DNA of 57,483 bases, counting the filler, from Perkinsus olseni (taxonomy: Eukaryota), in NCBI GenBank assembly GCA_013115125.1. It is 6 parts of 6 records of this genome, joined end to end, with 100 filler letters (N's around TTAATTAATTAA, not from the genome) between each part and the next. Parts side by side here need not be neighbours in the genome. Positions count along the whole stretch, not along the records: positions 9,716 to 19,314 come from JABANN010000913.1; positions 19,415 to 28,969 come from JABANN010000914.1; 4 more parts are not named here. The stretch is one strand, 5' to 3'. The translations under genes and the position numbers were made by a program. The notes under the pieces are model-generated. The model had not been told where the DNA came from, ran no database searches, and worked only from the letters and a program-made list of their open reading frames with translations. Position 1 is the first letter of the stretch; each line of letters begins with the position of its first letter. Below, piece by piece: positions 13,451-23,631 of this stretch.

Positions 13451-14496
13451 ACTGAACTTACACGATAGGAGCTCTCCCTATACATCTCGCTGTACACGGT
13501 ACAACCGCCACGACAGACAGTGGCAGTCCTTATCGACTCCCGAGCTGCGAGTAAGAGAAGGCCCCCTCGACCGGTATTACCATATTGAGTCAACCATTTG
13601 CCCAGTGTACCGTGAAGTCCGATCCATCAGAGCGACGAACTCTGAGTATGCGTCATTCTCTTTACACCCGAGGTTTCCCATTATGCAATAGTGAGACGCT
13701 GAATGGAAGAAAGGCGTGGAAGAATCAAGTTGTGTTTAATAGACCTCCTCTGAAGAAGCCGGTCGAAGCCTTAGAGCAGGAAGACGTAATAATTAATTCA
13801 TGTATTGCTCGTTATTAAGAACAGTTTCAATCTGATCTCCTCTACGTGCTCCCGGGATGACTTTAAGATACGCCAAGCTCAACCCTGGGAGCGCTCGGGA
13901 TTCAGGAGAGATCTATTGGGCTCCCCTGATACTTCTCATTGTTGAGGGGAATAGAATCGTAATCGAGCACACATCAACTCTGTTCGGCCTCGCTGCCCAG
14001 TGCCGCCCTACGGAGATCTGCGAACCACTCACAAGAGTGCCCGACGTATTAGGACGCTAACCCCGTCCCATCACGTACGCCCATGAGGCAACGGCCCGTC
14101 GCATTGTACCGCTCAATGGGGATTGCTTCATTCTACTACCCCCACACCTGAACGCACAGGTTTCCTAATCGAACCAGGACCAGGGGAAGCCGTTCCCGAC
14201 CAACTTGTCAGCAAAAGGAGAACTTGGCTGTCGTAGGACTCCCACTTTCAAATGAAGAGCAGGCGACCTGCCGCTAGGCATGCGTATGATGAAGGGACGA
14301 CCAGTAGGAAGTACCGCCGAATCCGTGCCTCGCTTCGCGGACTAGCCGTGAATGCTCGGGAAAAGGTAGAAGTCGATTCTCATAGAATCGTCAATTTCCG
14401 TTGAAGCGGTCGAATAGAAGGAGAGGTCGGTGTGACTAGCTGCGCTAAGATTTCGCAAGACCTGTTAAGTGCGCAAGATGACATGTCATGTTATGA

Positions 14497-14934
14497 TGTT
14501 GTAAGAAAGCAAGTGAGTGACTTGCTTTTATTTGGCTGGAAAATTACTCTTAAGTTACAGTGCGACAGTATGGCACTGGGCTCTGGATCTATAATGTTCA
14601 CAACATGGCGATCTCGGTGGGACCTCACCTCTTATAACATAGAAGATCCACCCCCTTCGACCATATGTGAGAAAGTCCATGCCTTAACAGACTGGTTGCT
14701 CGAGAGTGGTACGATCGCGCCGCGATCCATGAGAATTTCCAGCGAGATATCCCGCGTTGCAAAACAGATCGCAACCATCTGGAAGAGAGCAAAGATTACT
14801 GATATCGCTGTCACCAAGCCCGAGGCCGATGCTGACAGAACCCCGATGGTCGATGGGTTTGAAACAGCTGGAAAATTACTCTTAAGTTACAGTGCGACAG
14901 TATGGCACTGGGCTCTGGATCTATAATGTTCACA
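14497..14934 (+). mobile_element. Miniature or internally deleted LTR retroelement: 109-bp LTR, PBS, ~245-bp internal region, partial second LTR
   Basis: 14497-14605 starts TGTTGT and ends ACAACA. It is followed directly by TGGCGATCTCGGTGGGAC (PBS-like). 68 bp of it (14535-14602) recur identically at 14867-14934. Confidence 0.7.
14606..14623 (+). promoter_or_regulatory. Primer-binding site (18 nt), probably for a tRNA-Arg
   Basis: Reverse complement GT-CCCAC-CGAGATC-G-CCA fits tRNA positions 59-76 (C61, discriminator G, CCA). It abuts the LTR-terminal CA. The Arg assignment is an inference. Confidence 0.65.
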
Positions 14935-14973
14935 TCGGGTACTCCGCCACAGGTCGTGCTGTGAGTGAGGGGG

Positions 14974-15035
14974 TGAAGTACAAAATCCAAGGGAAAGGTA
15001 CAAAATCCAAGGGAAAGGTACAAAATCCAGGGAAA
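14974..15035 (+). repeat. 20-bp tandem repeat (GTACAAAATCCAAGGGAAAG, ~3 copies), member of a dispersed family
   Basis: Seen directly; related units at 30699-30820 and 50060-50384. Confidence 0.9.
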
Positions 15036-15261
15036 CGCGTGCGACAGGCAGGTAAAGGCGAGAGAAAGAAGCCTGAATTGCGGGTGAAAGCAAGTGTCCC
15101 GACAGCGATCCCTAAACACTCTAGTTGCAGTAGATAGTGCACCATCACAGTATATTGGTCGCGGGTTCGACCCCCAGACCATTCATTTTGCTAATTAGTG
15201 AGAGTATACGTCGCCCGCCCGGAAGCCCATGAATGCTCCGGGTCGGGTTCGTGATGTAAAA

Positions 15262-15283
15262 GCCGTAGCCATCTTGGCTCAAG
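15262..15283 (+). ncRNA. Genomic spliced-leader exon (Perkinsus/dinoflagellate-type SL) followed by a GT donor
   Basis: GCCGTAGCCATCTTGGCTCAAG|GT. It matches the Perkinsus SL ACCGTAGCCATCTTGGCTCAAG at 21/22 and differs by one base from the dinoflagellate DCCGTAGCCATTTTGGCTCAAG. Confidence 0.9.
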
Positions 15284-15316
15284 GTCTCAGTTCTTCTGTG
15301 TGTTTGGTTCGACAGT

Positions 15317-18300
15317 ATGGCACCAGCCCCCTACAGCGGCGACTCGTCACATGGTGCATCATCCGGCCGCTTCGCCTTCCTGGCTGACGCGGTTTCTCGG
15401 GTGGTCGAGGAGCAGGCTGTCTCGGCTGACTCTTCATATTTGTCGGAGCGTAACCTGAGAAGACTTGAGGACCCCTACACAGCCGTGCAATCCATGATGG
15501 GTGTCACGGCTTTCGCGGCGTATGGGTTGGTACCCGGTCTCATGCTTACCGGACCGAACGGACAACTGTTGCAACTATCGGTTGATGAGTGGGCCAAGGC
15601 TTGGAGTATAAGCAAGCCTACGGCCTGGAATGAGTCCTATTGGAGGCAACTGTGTACCACCCTTGATCTAGCAAAGCTGGCAGCTCCAATGAAGCTTGCC
15701 ATTCTATCACGCCTGTTGCCCAATAAGCAGGCCCTCATTGTTCAAGAGGGGTGCATTGCACACCTTGAGAACATCCTTCGATGGAGAACCATTGACATAC
15801 ATGCTTGTGAGGCTGATGAGAGTCGACGCGAAGCGACTATAGGCTCAATGAAGACCTGGTTGGCGTCGTGCTACGAAGCTTTACAAGAGATATCCAAGAA
15901 CTTGGATGCAGACTTCGCCGTGGTGGACTCGTCTCTTGCCTTGCAGCGCTGGGTGGACTTCGAGCCGACGGGCAGCGCTTGGTCCGACTACTGTCACCAC
16001 GAGAAGTTGCGATGCTCTCAAGCCGAGCACATCGACTTCACGTCCACTGATGGATGGGCACTGCGGAGGGATCGGCTTCTGAGGTCCATCTCACAATTTG
16101 GAGTACTCAAGGATGCGGCGATGCGTGGCCAGCTCGTGCCAAGGCTACGAGAGACCACCAGTATCACTGATTTCCATTTTATTGTCGACTCTATGAGCAA
16201 GGACCTGCGCTTCCCATCAGTCGATGAGTTTCTGGGGGTGTGTCCGGGGAAGGCACCCGCAGGAAACGATAAGGAAATCTGCAAGCACTACCAGAAGCGT
16301 GGGACATGTAAGTATGGGGATGCCTGTAAATACAGTCATGCGGCGACCAGTGGACTGCCGGTCGCCGACCACAGCCAACGGGACGTACACCAGTTCAGAC
16401 GTTCACCAGTTGGCAGTTCGCCCCCCTATTCGGGTGAACCCCGGACAGGTGAGCGCAGGCGGTCAATGCCAGACCTACGAACGCCATCTGTGAGCGCCCA
16501 AGTCAAGACTGAAGACTCCGGAGGCCCCGAGCAAGGTAAGACTGACCGGATGGTATGCCAGCACTTTGACAAGCACGGAACTTGCAAGTTTTGCGATGGT
16601 TGCAAATTCCAGCATCAACCAAAAGAAGCACAAGACACGACAACGCCTCCGGAGGACGATGAACCAAGGAGGTCAGAGAGATTGCGCCAGAAAGAGACTA
16701 AGACTGTTGGCGCCGTGTCGCCAGTGCATTCGGCCAGGGAGAACAGCGAGGAGATCTGCATAAAGGTTCTCGAGATCAACGGTCAAAAAAGAAACTGCAT
16801 AGTTGACTCTGGGGCCGCAGTGTCACTGGCCGTCTCTGATGCCGTGTGTAGTGAGGCCGAGATTGAGACCTGTGACAAAATTCGGGCCGTCCGAGGGGTC
16901 GGTGGAGGTGAGTTAACGGTACACGCTAAAGCCTCGCTCCCTGTCAGAGGACCGACGGAATTAATTGAGGTAGATTTTTTGGTGGTTGACTCCCTCCCCT
17001 ACAGTCATGAGTACCTCCTGGGATGGAAGGACATGGTGAAGCTCGGCCTCCAAGTCTCTCCCAAGCGCAGTGATGCGCAGACCATATCAGAATTTACCCT
17101 CCCTCCTGACGATGCGGGGGGAACGGGAAGCGAAGGGCTGGATAAACTGTTGGCAGCGGAGGCCAGAATTCGCAAAGATGCTGAGACTTGTGCCTGCAAA
17201 GCTCGAGACATCCTCGTAGAGCGTGGGCGGGTTTGGTCACCATTACCAGCGGCGGAAGACTATCAAGGTCGGGTCCGTGAGCTCCTTCCCGAAGAGAAGC
17301 GCGATCTCCCTGACCAAACACACACTGTGGAAATTCGCTGGGATGGCTCTGAACCCCCTGCGGCTAGCGGCGGCGACTTTTCCGTGAGGATGATGCGAAA
17401 CCTAAGCGAAGAGCAGCGGGTGGCCTTCGCGGCTGAGTGTCATAAGTTTATCTCAAAAGGGTGGTGGGTCAAAAGCAGCGGCTTGAGCAGCAACAGTGGA
17501 CCGGCTGGGGTATCATTCCCTCGGTTCCAAGGGCCCTGGAAATCCACCTCAACGCGAGCTGTGGTTGATCTCAAGCGTTGGAACTCCTCGCGCCCCAAAG
17601 CTAGTTGGGATGGTCAACCCTGCTCAGCATTGGTCATGTCATGGAGGGGGCGGTGTTCGACAAAGGACAGTACAATCTTCTTAGACCTCTCGAAGGCCTA
17701 CTACAAGAACCGGCTGCATGTGTCTGAAGTCGGGTGGATATTCATAAGATGTCTTGGCGAGTTGTATAAGACGGACCGAACTGCCTTTGGGGCAGGGTTC
17801 GGCTGTGCTGCTATGGCCTTCGGTGTCAGGTTACTGATGACGGCAGTCTGCATTGCCATACATCTCTTCCTGAGCACGTCGGAGGAGCCCGAGAGAGTTG
17901 AGCAGAGCTTCGCCGAGATGTCCCCGGCCGACCTCCAGCTAGCGCTGAGCGGCCATGGCATTAACTGGTTGGATTTTTTGGATGATGTGCTGGCATTTGG
18001 GCCCCTACACAGCATCGCGATGTTCACGCTCTGCATGCGCCTCACGGCCACTATCATTGGCTATGAATTCCCGCTGCCAAAAATTGATGTCATAAGTGAA
18101 GTGCCCACTTCTGCCGTAGGTCCCAGGCACCTGGGCCTCACGTGGACGGCAGCCGGAGCGAGTTGTGTTGATGTTCGGCAACAGCTCCTAGCAGAGGACC
18201 CATCTACTGCCGAGGCCAAGCTGAGCAAGGCTGACCTGTACAGGATAGCGGGCCTCCTTCAAGATGTGTCCCGATGCCATGGAGAGAGACGCTACCTTGC

Positions 18301-19279
18301 AGATCTCATCAGGAGGTTTGGAGGTCGCCTACCGAAGAAGACGCCGCACCCAAAAGCAGACTGGCAGGCCAAGCACCACCTCAGCGCTGAGCAAACCGCG
18401 ACTCTGTGCTCGTGGATCAAGGCCGCGGCCGATACATACACTGAGGGTTGCTGCCACGGGCCGACCGGCGACAGGGGACAAACTCTGATCTTGTACACCG
18501 ATGCATCAAGCGTAGGCTATGGTTGGGCACTCTGGCGGGGCTCAGGACTGCCGAATTTGGCAGAGGACCAGCCACATAATGCCGAAGCCTTGATGAGCAT
18601 GGGATATGTACTGCTGGAGGAGGAAGCCAAGCATTTCCCGGGATCACGAGGCCAAGACTGGCACGTCAACCGTAAAGAACTGGCGGGCGTCGCTTCGGGC
18701 CTCTCGGCGGTGTACTGTTGGGTCTTCAAAAGACGAATGACCACAGTGAAAGAGGTACTGGTACTGGGGGACAACGTCTCGGCCCTTAAGTGGGCAGGGA
18801 TCCCCGATAAGCCAATCAAGTCCTTTGATGTAGCAGGTATACGGAATCTGCAGTCCAGCCTGTCAGAGCTACGGGTGTCCCTCTCACAAGCTGGTATAAA
18901 TGTCCGGTTCTGCCATATTCAGGGGAAGTGCAACGTGATAGCTGATCAGCTCTCTCGCCTCGGAGTTCGGTTCCCCCTTCGACCTTCCACTGGCAATGAC
19001 CAACGGCCTCTTGTGGGTGTCGCTCTGGAAGTGTCCGGTGAACTCTTACACATGATTGAGGCCGCCACGGCCTGTGATACGGCAATACCCGCAGGGCTAG
19101 AGTCTTGTACTGTCAAGGGAAGGTCGGTGCTTCGAAGGAATGGAGCTATCTACATCCCCGAGTCCTGTCGACAGCGTGTGCTGGCATTGGCCCACTCGGA
19201 CAATCACCTCAGTGGGCGTCGGACTGTGGGGGCAATGGCAAACCTAGCAACACTCGCAGCTGAGCTGCTAGAAGTGTAA
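15317..19279 (+). mobile_element. LTR-type retrotransposon gag-pol polyprotein (1320 aa; order PR-RT-RH-IN; integrase core missing)
   Basis: Intronless ORF with two C-x8-C-x5-C-x3-H fingers and protease IVDSGA. RT motifs RAVVDLKRWN, FLDLSKAYY, FG, FLDD and HLG. RNase H motifs YTDAS, NRKELAG, GDN and HIQGKCNVIADQLSR. Ends with the start of the integrase Zn domain (IYIP...LAHSDNH). Confidence 0.92.
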
Positions 19280-19314
19280 CACAAGATCCGGAGATATTGG
19301 GCTGCGATGGAGAG

Positions 19315-19414
19315 NNNNNNNNNNNNNNNNNNNNNNNNNNNNNNNNNNNNNNNNNNNNTTAATTAATTAANNNNNNNNNNNNNNNNNNNNNNNNNNNNNN
19401 NNNNNNNNNNNNNN
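19315..19414. other. Artificial contig linker
   Basis: N44-TTAATTAATTAA-N44. Confidence 0.99.
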
Positions 19415-19871
19415 TCAGCAGTTCCGTCCGACAAGAAGCTATAGTTATTTTGGCCTATCGATTCAAGTCCCCCGCACGTACGACATAGCGTTATAGGTTT
19501 CCGTCACGCGCCACGAAATTGTTCTCTCTGCCCCACAGACGATGATAATGAACCAACTTCGACAGTGGTGTAGCTAGAGGTGTCAGAAAGATATCATCGT
19601 ACTCTTCCTTGTAGCGACTTTCGTTCTTCGGATCCTTCTTGCTCAATAACGACCCAGCGGCAGCGGAAGTAGTAGAATGCGGAATCCACCACTACAGTAT
19701 TCTCACGATTGTCCAACGCCTGGCGTTGACGCAGAATATGTCAGGGCTGTTCTAGGTGGGTCCGCCTTGACCTATTTTGTATCTTACTAGGGTCGACTTG
19801 AAGATTCCCTTTCAGCCCAAGCGGCTGAAAACGCTCAATTGAAGGTGCCTAGTGGCGTGAAAGACAACTTG

Positions 19872-22800
19872 ATGGGTGATACTGGCGGGAGCTGCGCCGA
19901 AAAGGATACGCCCTATGTAATGAGAATCTTTTATTCTGTTAAGTGCAAGATCGACCTCGAGGATTCAGGTTAATGATTGGACAGGAACGCTGAGGACTGC
20001 ATCCACAGCGTCAAGTTCTTCTGCCACTTCGTCGAACGGTCTAGTCCCTCATGCGGCCGACACGCCCGGGGTGCCCGCCATTGACGATGCAACCTCGGAA
20101 GATCAGCATAGAGCGGTAGTAGTGGTGGGAGTAGGGGGAGGTGTGGTATTACTCTTATTCTCACTTATCTCATTTTGACCTGGGGTGACCTAGTCGCCAT
20201 CCAGTGGGACTTGAGGTAGTGGAAATCGGGCCGCTCAGAAATTGTCAGGAATCATTTTTCCGTGACTCAACGTATTCGTTATGATATTCAATATAGGGAG
20301 AAAGGGACAGCATCGCATCCGAGCATTTCCCATCCGGGTTTGAAGAATGCTTGGTCAAAAACTTTCCCGTTCGATCTTAAGATTACCGTAAAAATCGCGA
20401 AGATGGAAAAAGAGGTACACTGCTTCTTCCAGATTCATCGTGCAGAATAGTTTTCTCAAAATGTTCGTATTCACCCATCAAAATTTTTGTCAGAATTTTT
20501 CTCCACCAAAATGGTGTTGTTAATGGTTCTGTGTGGTACTTTCGTATCGCCACCGCTACAAGATACCAGATTTTCCCGAAATCTGGATAAATTATCAATA
20601 AATTTCCCGCCTTTCTCGCTCAGGTACAAGAACTAACTTCGCAGATCGTCAACTTTCTCAATGCAGCAGGCGGCGCTGCGGCTGAGTCGTACTCTCCTGA
20701 GGTAGTAACGAGGAGGGGGAATTGTGGTATTGAATTTTACGGACGACATTGCTTTCGCTGCTTTCGAGCGTTGGTAAATGTGTAGGGGCAGTAATTTTCG
20801 AAATAAATGAGAAAATTTTCAAGGGGACGGGTGAATGGTGGCAAAGGGGAGCTAGTGGTTACGCTCTAGCCACAACGTCCTCTGGGACTAACGAGATTCC
20901 GGAGGAGGACAATATCCAGTTTTTGACGTTGCGAACGCTTTGCTTGGCATCAAAATGATTGCTCTCATGCTGCTCGTTCGGGTTGTTCACTTTTCAAGGC
21001 CTCCTTCGATCCGCCGTTCTCCTCTCAGGGTAACAATTCGACGGATTTTCCAGCGGCATCAGCAGCGGCTTCCTCTTCCTCTTCGTACTACTGCGTGTTG
21101 GTTTATGTTGATGGGATGAGCTTTACGTACCAGCTGCTCGAACACGACTTGAGGAAGGTCATAGGGGAAGGAATTGGTCGGTGGGAGTGTGGAAAAATTT
21201 ATGGATTGCTGGAAACGGAATTTTTTGGGGTTTTTTTGCTGACTTTCGGAATTGTATTTTCTGTTTTCTGATTCTTTGGTTGTTTATCTGAATGGTTAGT
21301 GGAAAGAATCTTCGTCAATTGCTATAATAAAGGTTCTCGTTCGTATCGTTTTATCGCGGTTATCAAATTTGCGGGGCCTCCCGTTTTTGGTGGGTCTATC
21401 ACAATTATTACCATCTCATTTCTTTGGTAAATTTTCCTTTTATTTTTACATCCTTCAGTTATGCAGGTATTTGGAATGTACGGTAATGTCGAAGGCGTTG
21501 AGATTTGCCCGGGAGGGGAGTCTGCAGTTGTTCGCTTCTTCACTTGGGACGACGCGGCCACGGCTGTTAGAAGCCTGCATAATAAGGTCCTCAATGGTGT
21601 AAGGGGCAGGCTGTGCGTTGAATGGTGAGTGATCGGGTTCGATCCTAGGCAGAGGGTACTCAGGCTTTTCGCTGTTGCATGCGGGAGACGTCTGTCTACT
21701 GATTGGCCTTGGCTCACTTCTTCCAGAAAATTAACCCCCCCCCCTGTGTGAAGTATCTTGTGCTAGACGGGTCTAAATAGCTTAACGTTGGAAGTTTCTC
21801 TTTTGATTTTTTTCCGGCCAAGGTACTACCCTCCCAGCCAACGTCAAGTATGGCTCTCAGAAGACTCAGCGTTGAAGACGGAGTTCGTTAGCGGCCGTCT
21901 TGCCGCCGACCCTTCAGTGTCCTATCGCGGGCCTTTTGGACAGCACACGTTCGCAAGTGAATTTAATGGCGCGCGAGAAGTTCCCTCTGGACCCCCACCG
22001 CCTCCACCTCCCCCTACGGCACCTCCTGGGGATTCGAGCCAGAATAAAGCGACGACCGATGGACAACCTATTCGCAAGTGAGTACTCCGTTGTGTGGGTA
22101 AGAAGGTTTCGGTCGGTTGTGGCTGTGTCGGTAGCATAAATTTGGGACCTTGTCGCGTATTGGAGCTGGGCAGTAGTCGTTTCGGCGGTTTGCTAATCAT
22201 CATTGTCTTTTGCGAAAGGACGGCAAGAAAGCGCATCTTTTTTTGAGTTCTAAATTCTCAGGTACACATGTCGGTTCGAAATTGGCATTGAAAATGATCG
22301 TGATTTTCACGTTGCCCGACGGATCATTGGAACTAAGGGTGTCAATATGAAGAGGATCGTGAAGATGTCTGATGCCAAGCTGAGGTTGAGGGGGCGGGGC
22401 TCGGGGTTCCTGGAAGGCAACATGAAACAGGAATCTGATGAACCGCTACATCTATGCATATCATGCGTTGACCCAGTTGGGTGAGTGGGGGTAGTCAGCT
22501 AGTTGACCTGTTTCATATCTTACACGCTTCGAGGTGAGATTCTTACTTGAATGGTCAGGTATCGTACAGCCAGTAGAGAGGTAGAGAAGCTTTTGAAGGG
22601 CATCTACGAAGAGTATCGGAGTTATTGTGAGGACTACGGTTTGGATTATCCCGAAAATTTAACGGTCGTGATGAGAGAACATCCATTATTGGCTAACTCG
22701 AGTTCTGGCAGCAACGCCGCTCTCAGCGGAGCCCGGGAGGCTGCGGCTGCTGCTCAGCAATTTGAGGGAGGTTGGGACGGTAGTGAAGGGTGGCACGGAG

Positions 22801-23051
22801 GGGAGTTCTATCCGAGAGGGTACTTTCGAGTGCGCGAGGAAGCTGAGTGCGAGTGGCCGCCGAACATGCCGAGTATTGGAGAAATTGAGAAGTTAATTGA
22901 TGAGAGAAATGAAGCTCGGAGGATGTGCAACTTCAAAGAGGCGGACCGGATTCGAGATTTACTTCGGGCGAACGGCATTGGACTGATGGATGAACCTGGC
23001 GGGAGAGGGAAGGGCTCGGAGGTCACCACGTGGAGGTTGTGGAGGCAATAG
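19872..23051 (+). CDS. RNA-binding protein: RRM + SF1/KHDC4-like KH domain + C-terminal CysRS anticodon-binding-like domain (5' end uncertain)
   Basis: RRM exons ~21029-21158 and ~21467-21624 (VYVDGM...[12 protein letters not shown]...AVVRF...[11 protein letters not shown]). KH exon ~22262-22479 ([16 protein letters not shown]...[14 protein letters not shown]...EPLHLCIS). Last exon [27 protein letters not shown]...GIGLMD...TTWR. Confidence 0.85.
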
Positions 23052-23631
23052 CGGGGATGGTGGTTGGTTGAAGGAGACTGAATTAACAAGCATGTATGAT
23101 GAAGCTACTTTGGGAAGGGTCTTATTCTTGATAGAGATAATAATGATCGACAAATTCGAGTTTGGAATCGCAAGCGTAAAACTTGTATTACTTCTGCTCG
23201 CTCGCTTATCTTTGCTCTCACGAGAATCTTTCACTATGGAAGATTACGGAAGAGGTTGATTCTGGTGGAGGCTGGGAATGGAGGGGGAGTGTTTGGGCCT
23301 TCGGCTCGAGGAGGAGAGGAGACGGCGATTGTTGATTGCCTCTGATGGTCTGCAAGGGCCTTGTAATATGTCATTGATGATATGCAGTGTGGCGCCGTTG
23401 AGGAAATGCAAGATTGCAAGATCCACGAGCGGCAAGTCATTTCTCCACGGTTTCGACTGTTAGTCTGTCTATGCATCTTATACGTCTATCTTATATGCAT
23501 CTTATGTCTCGGAAGAGGCGGCTGGATTTTTGTGTTTTTCCACTCGAATGGTTAAGGTCGTCGGCTCTCACGCTGTGGGTCGTGGGCTCGATCCCCGAGT
23601 GTTCTTGATATTTATTCAGTACCTTGTTTCT

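Noticed and set aside
22808-23051. Cysteinyl-tRNA synthetase gene
   Set aside because: Only the C-terminal-like domain is present; the upstream exons encode RRM and KH domains.
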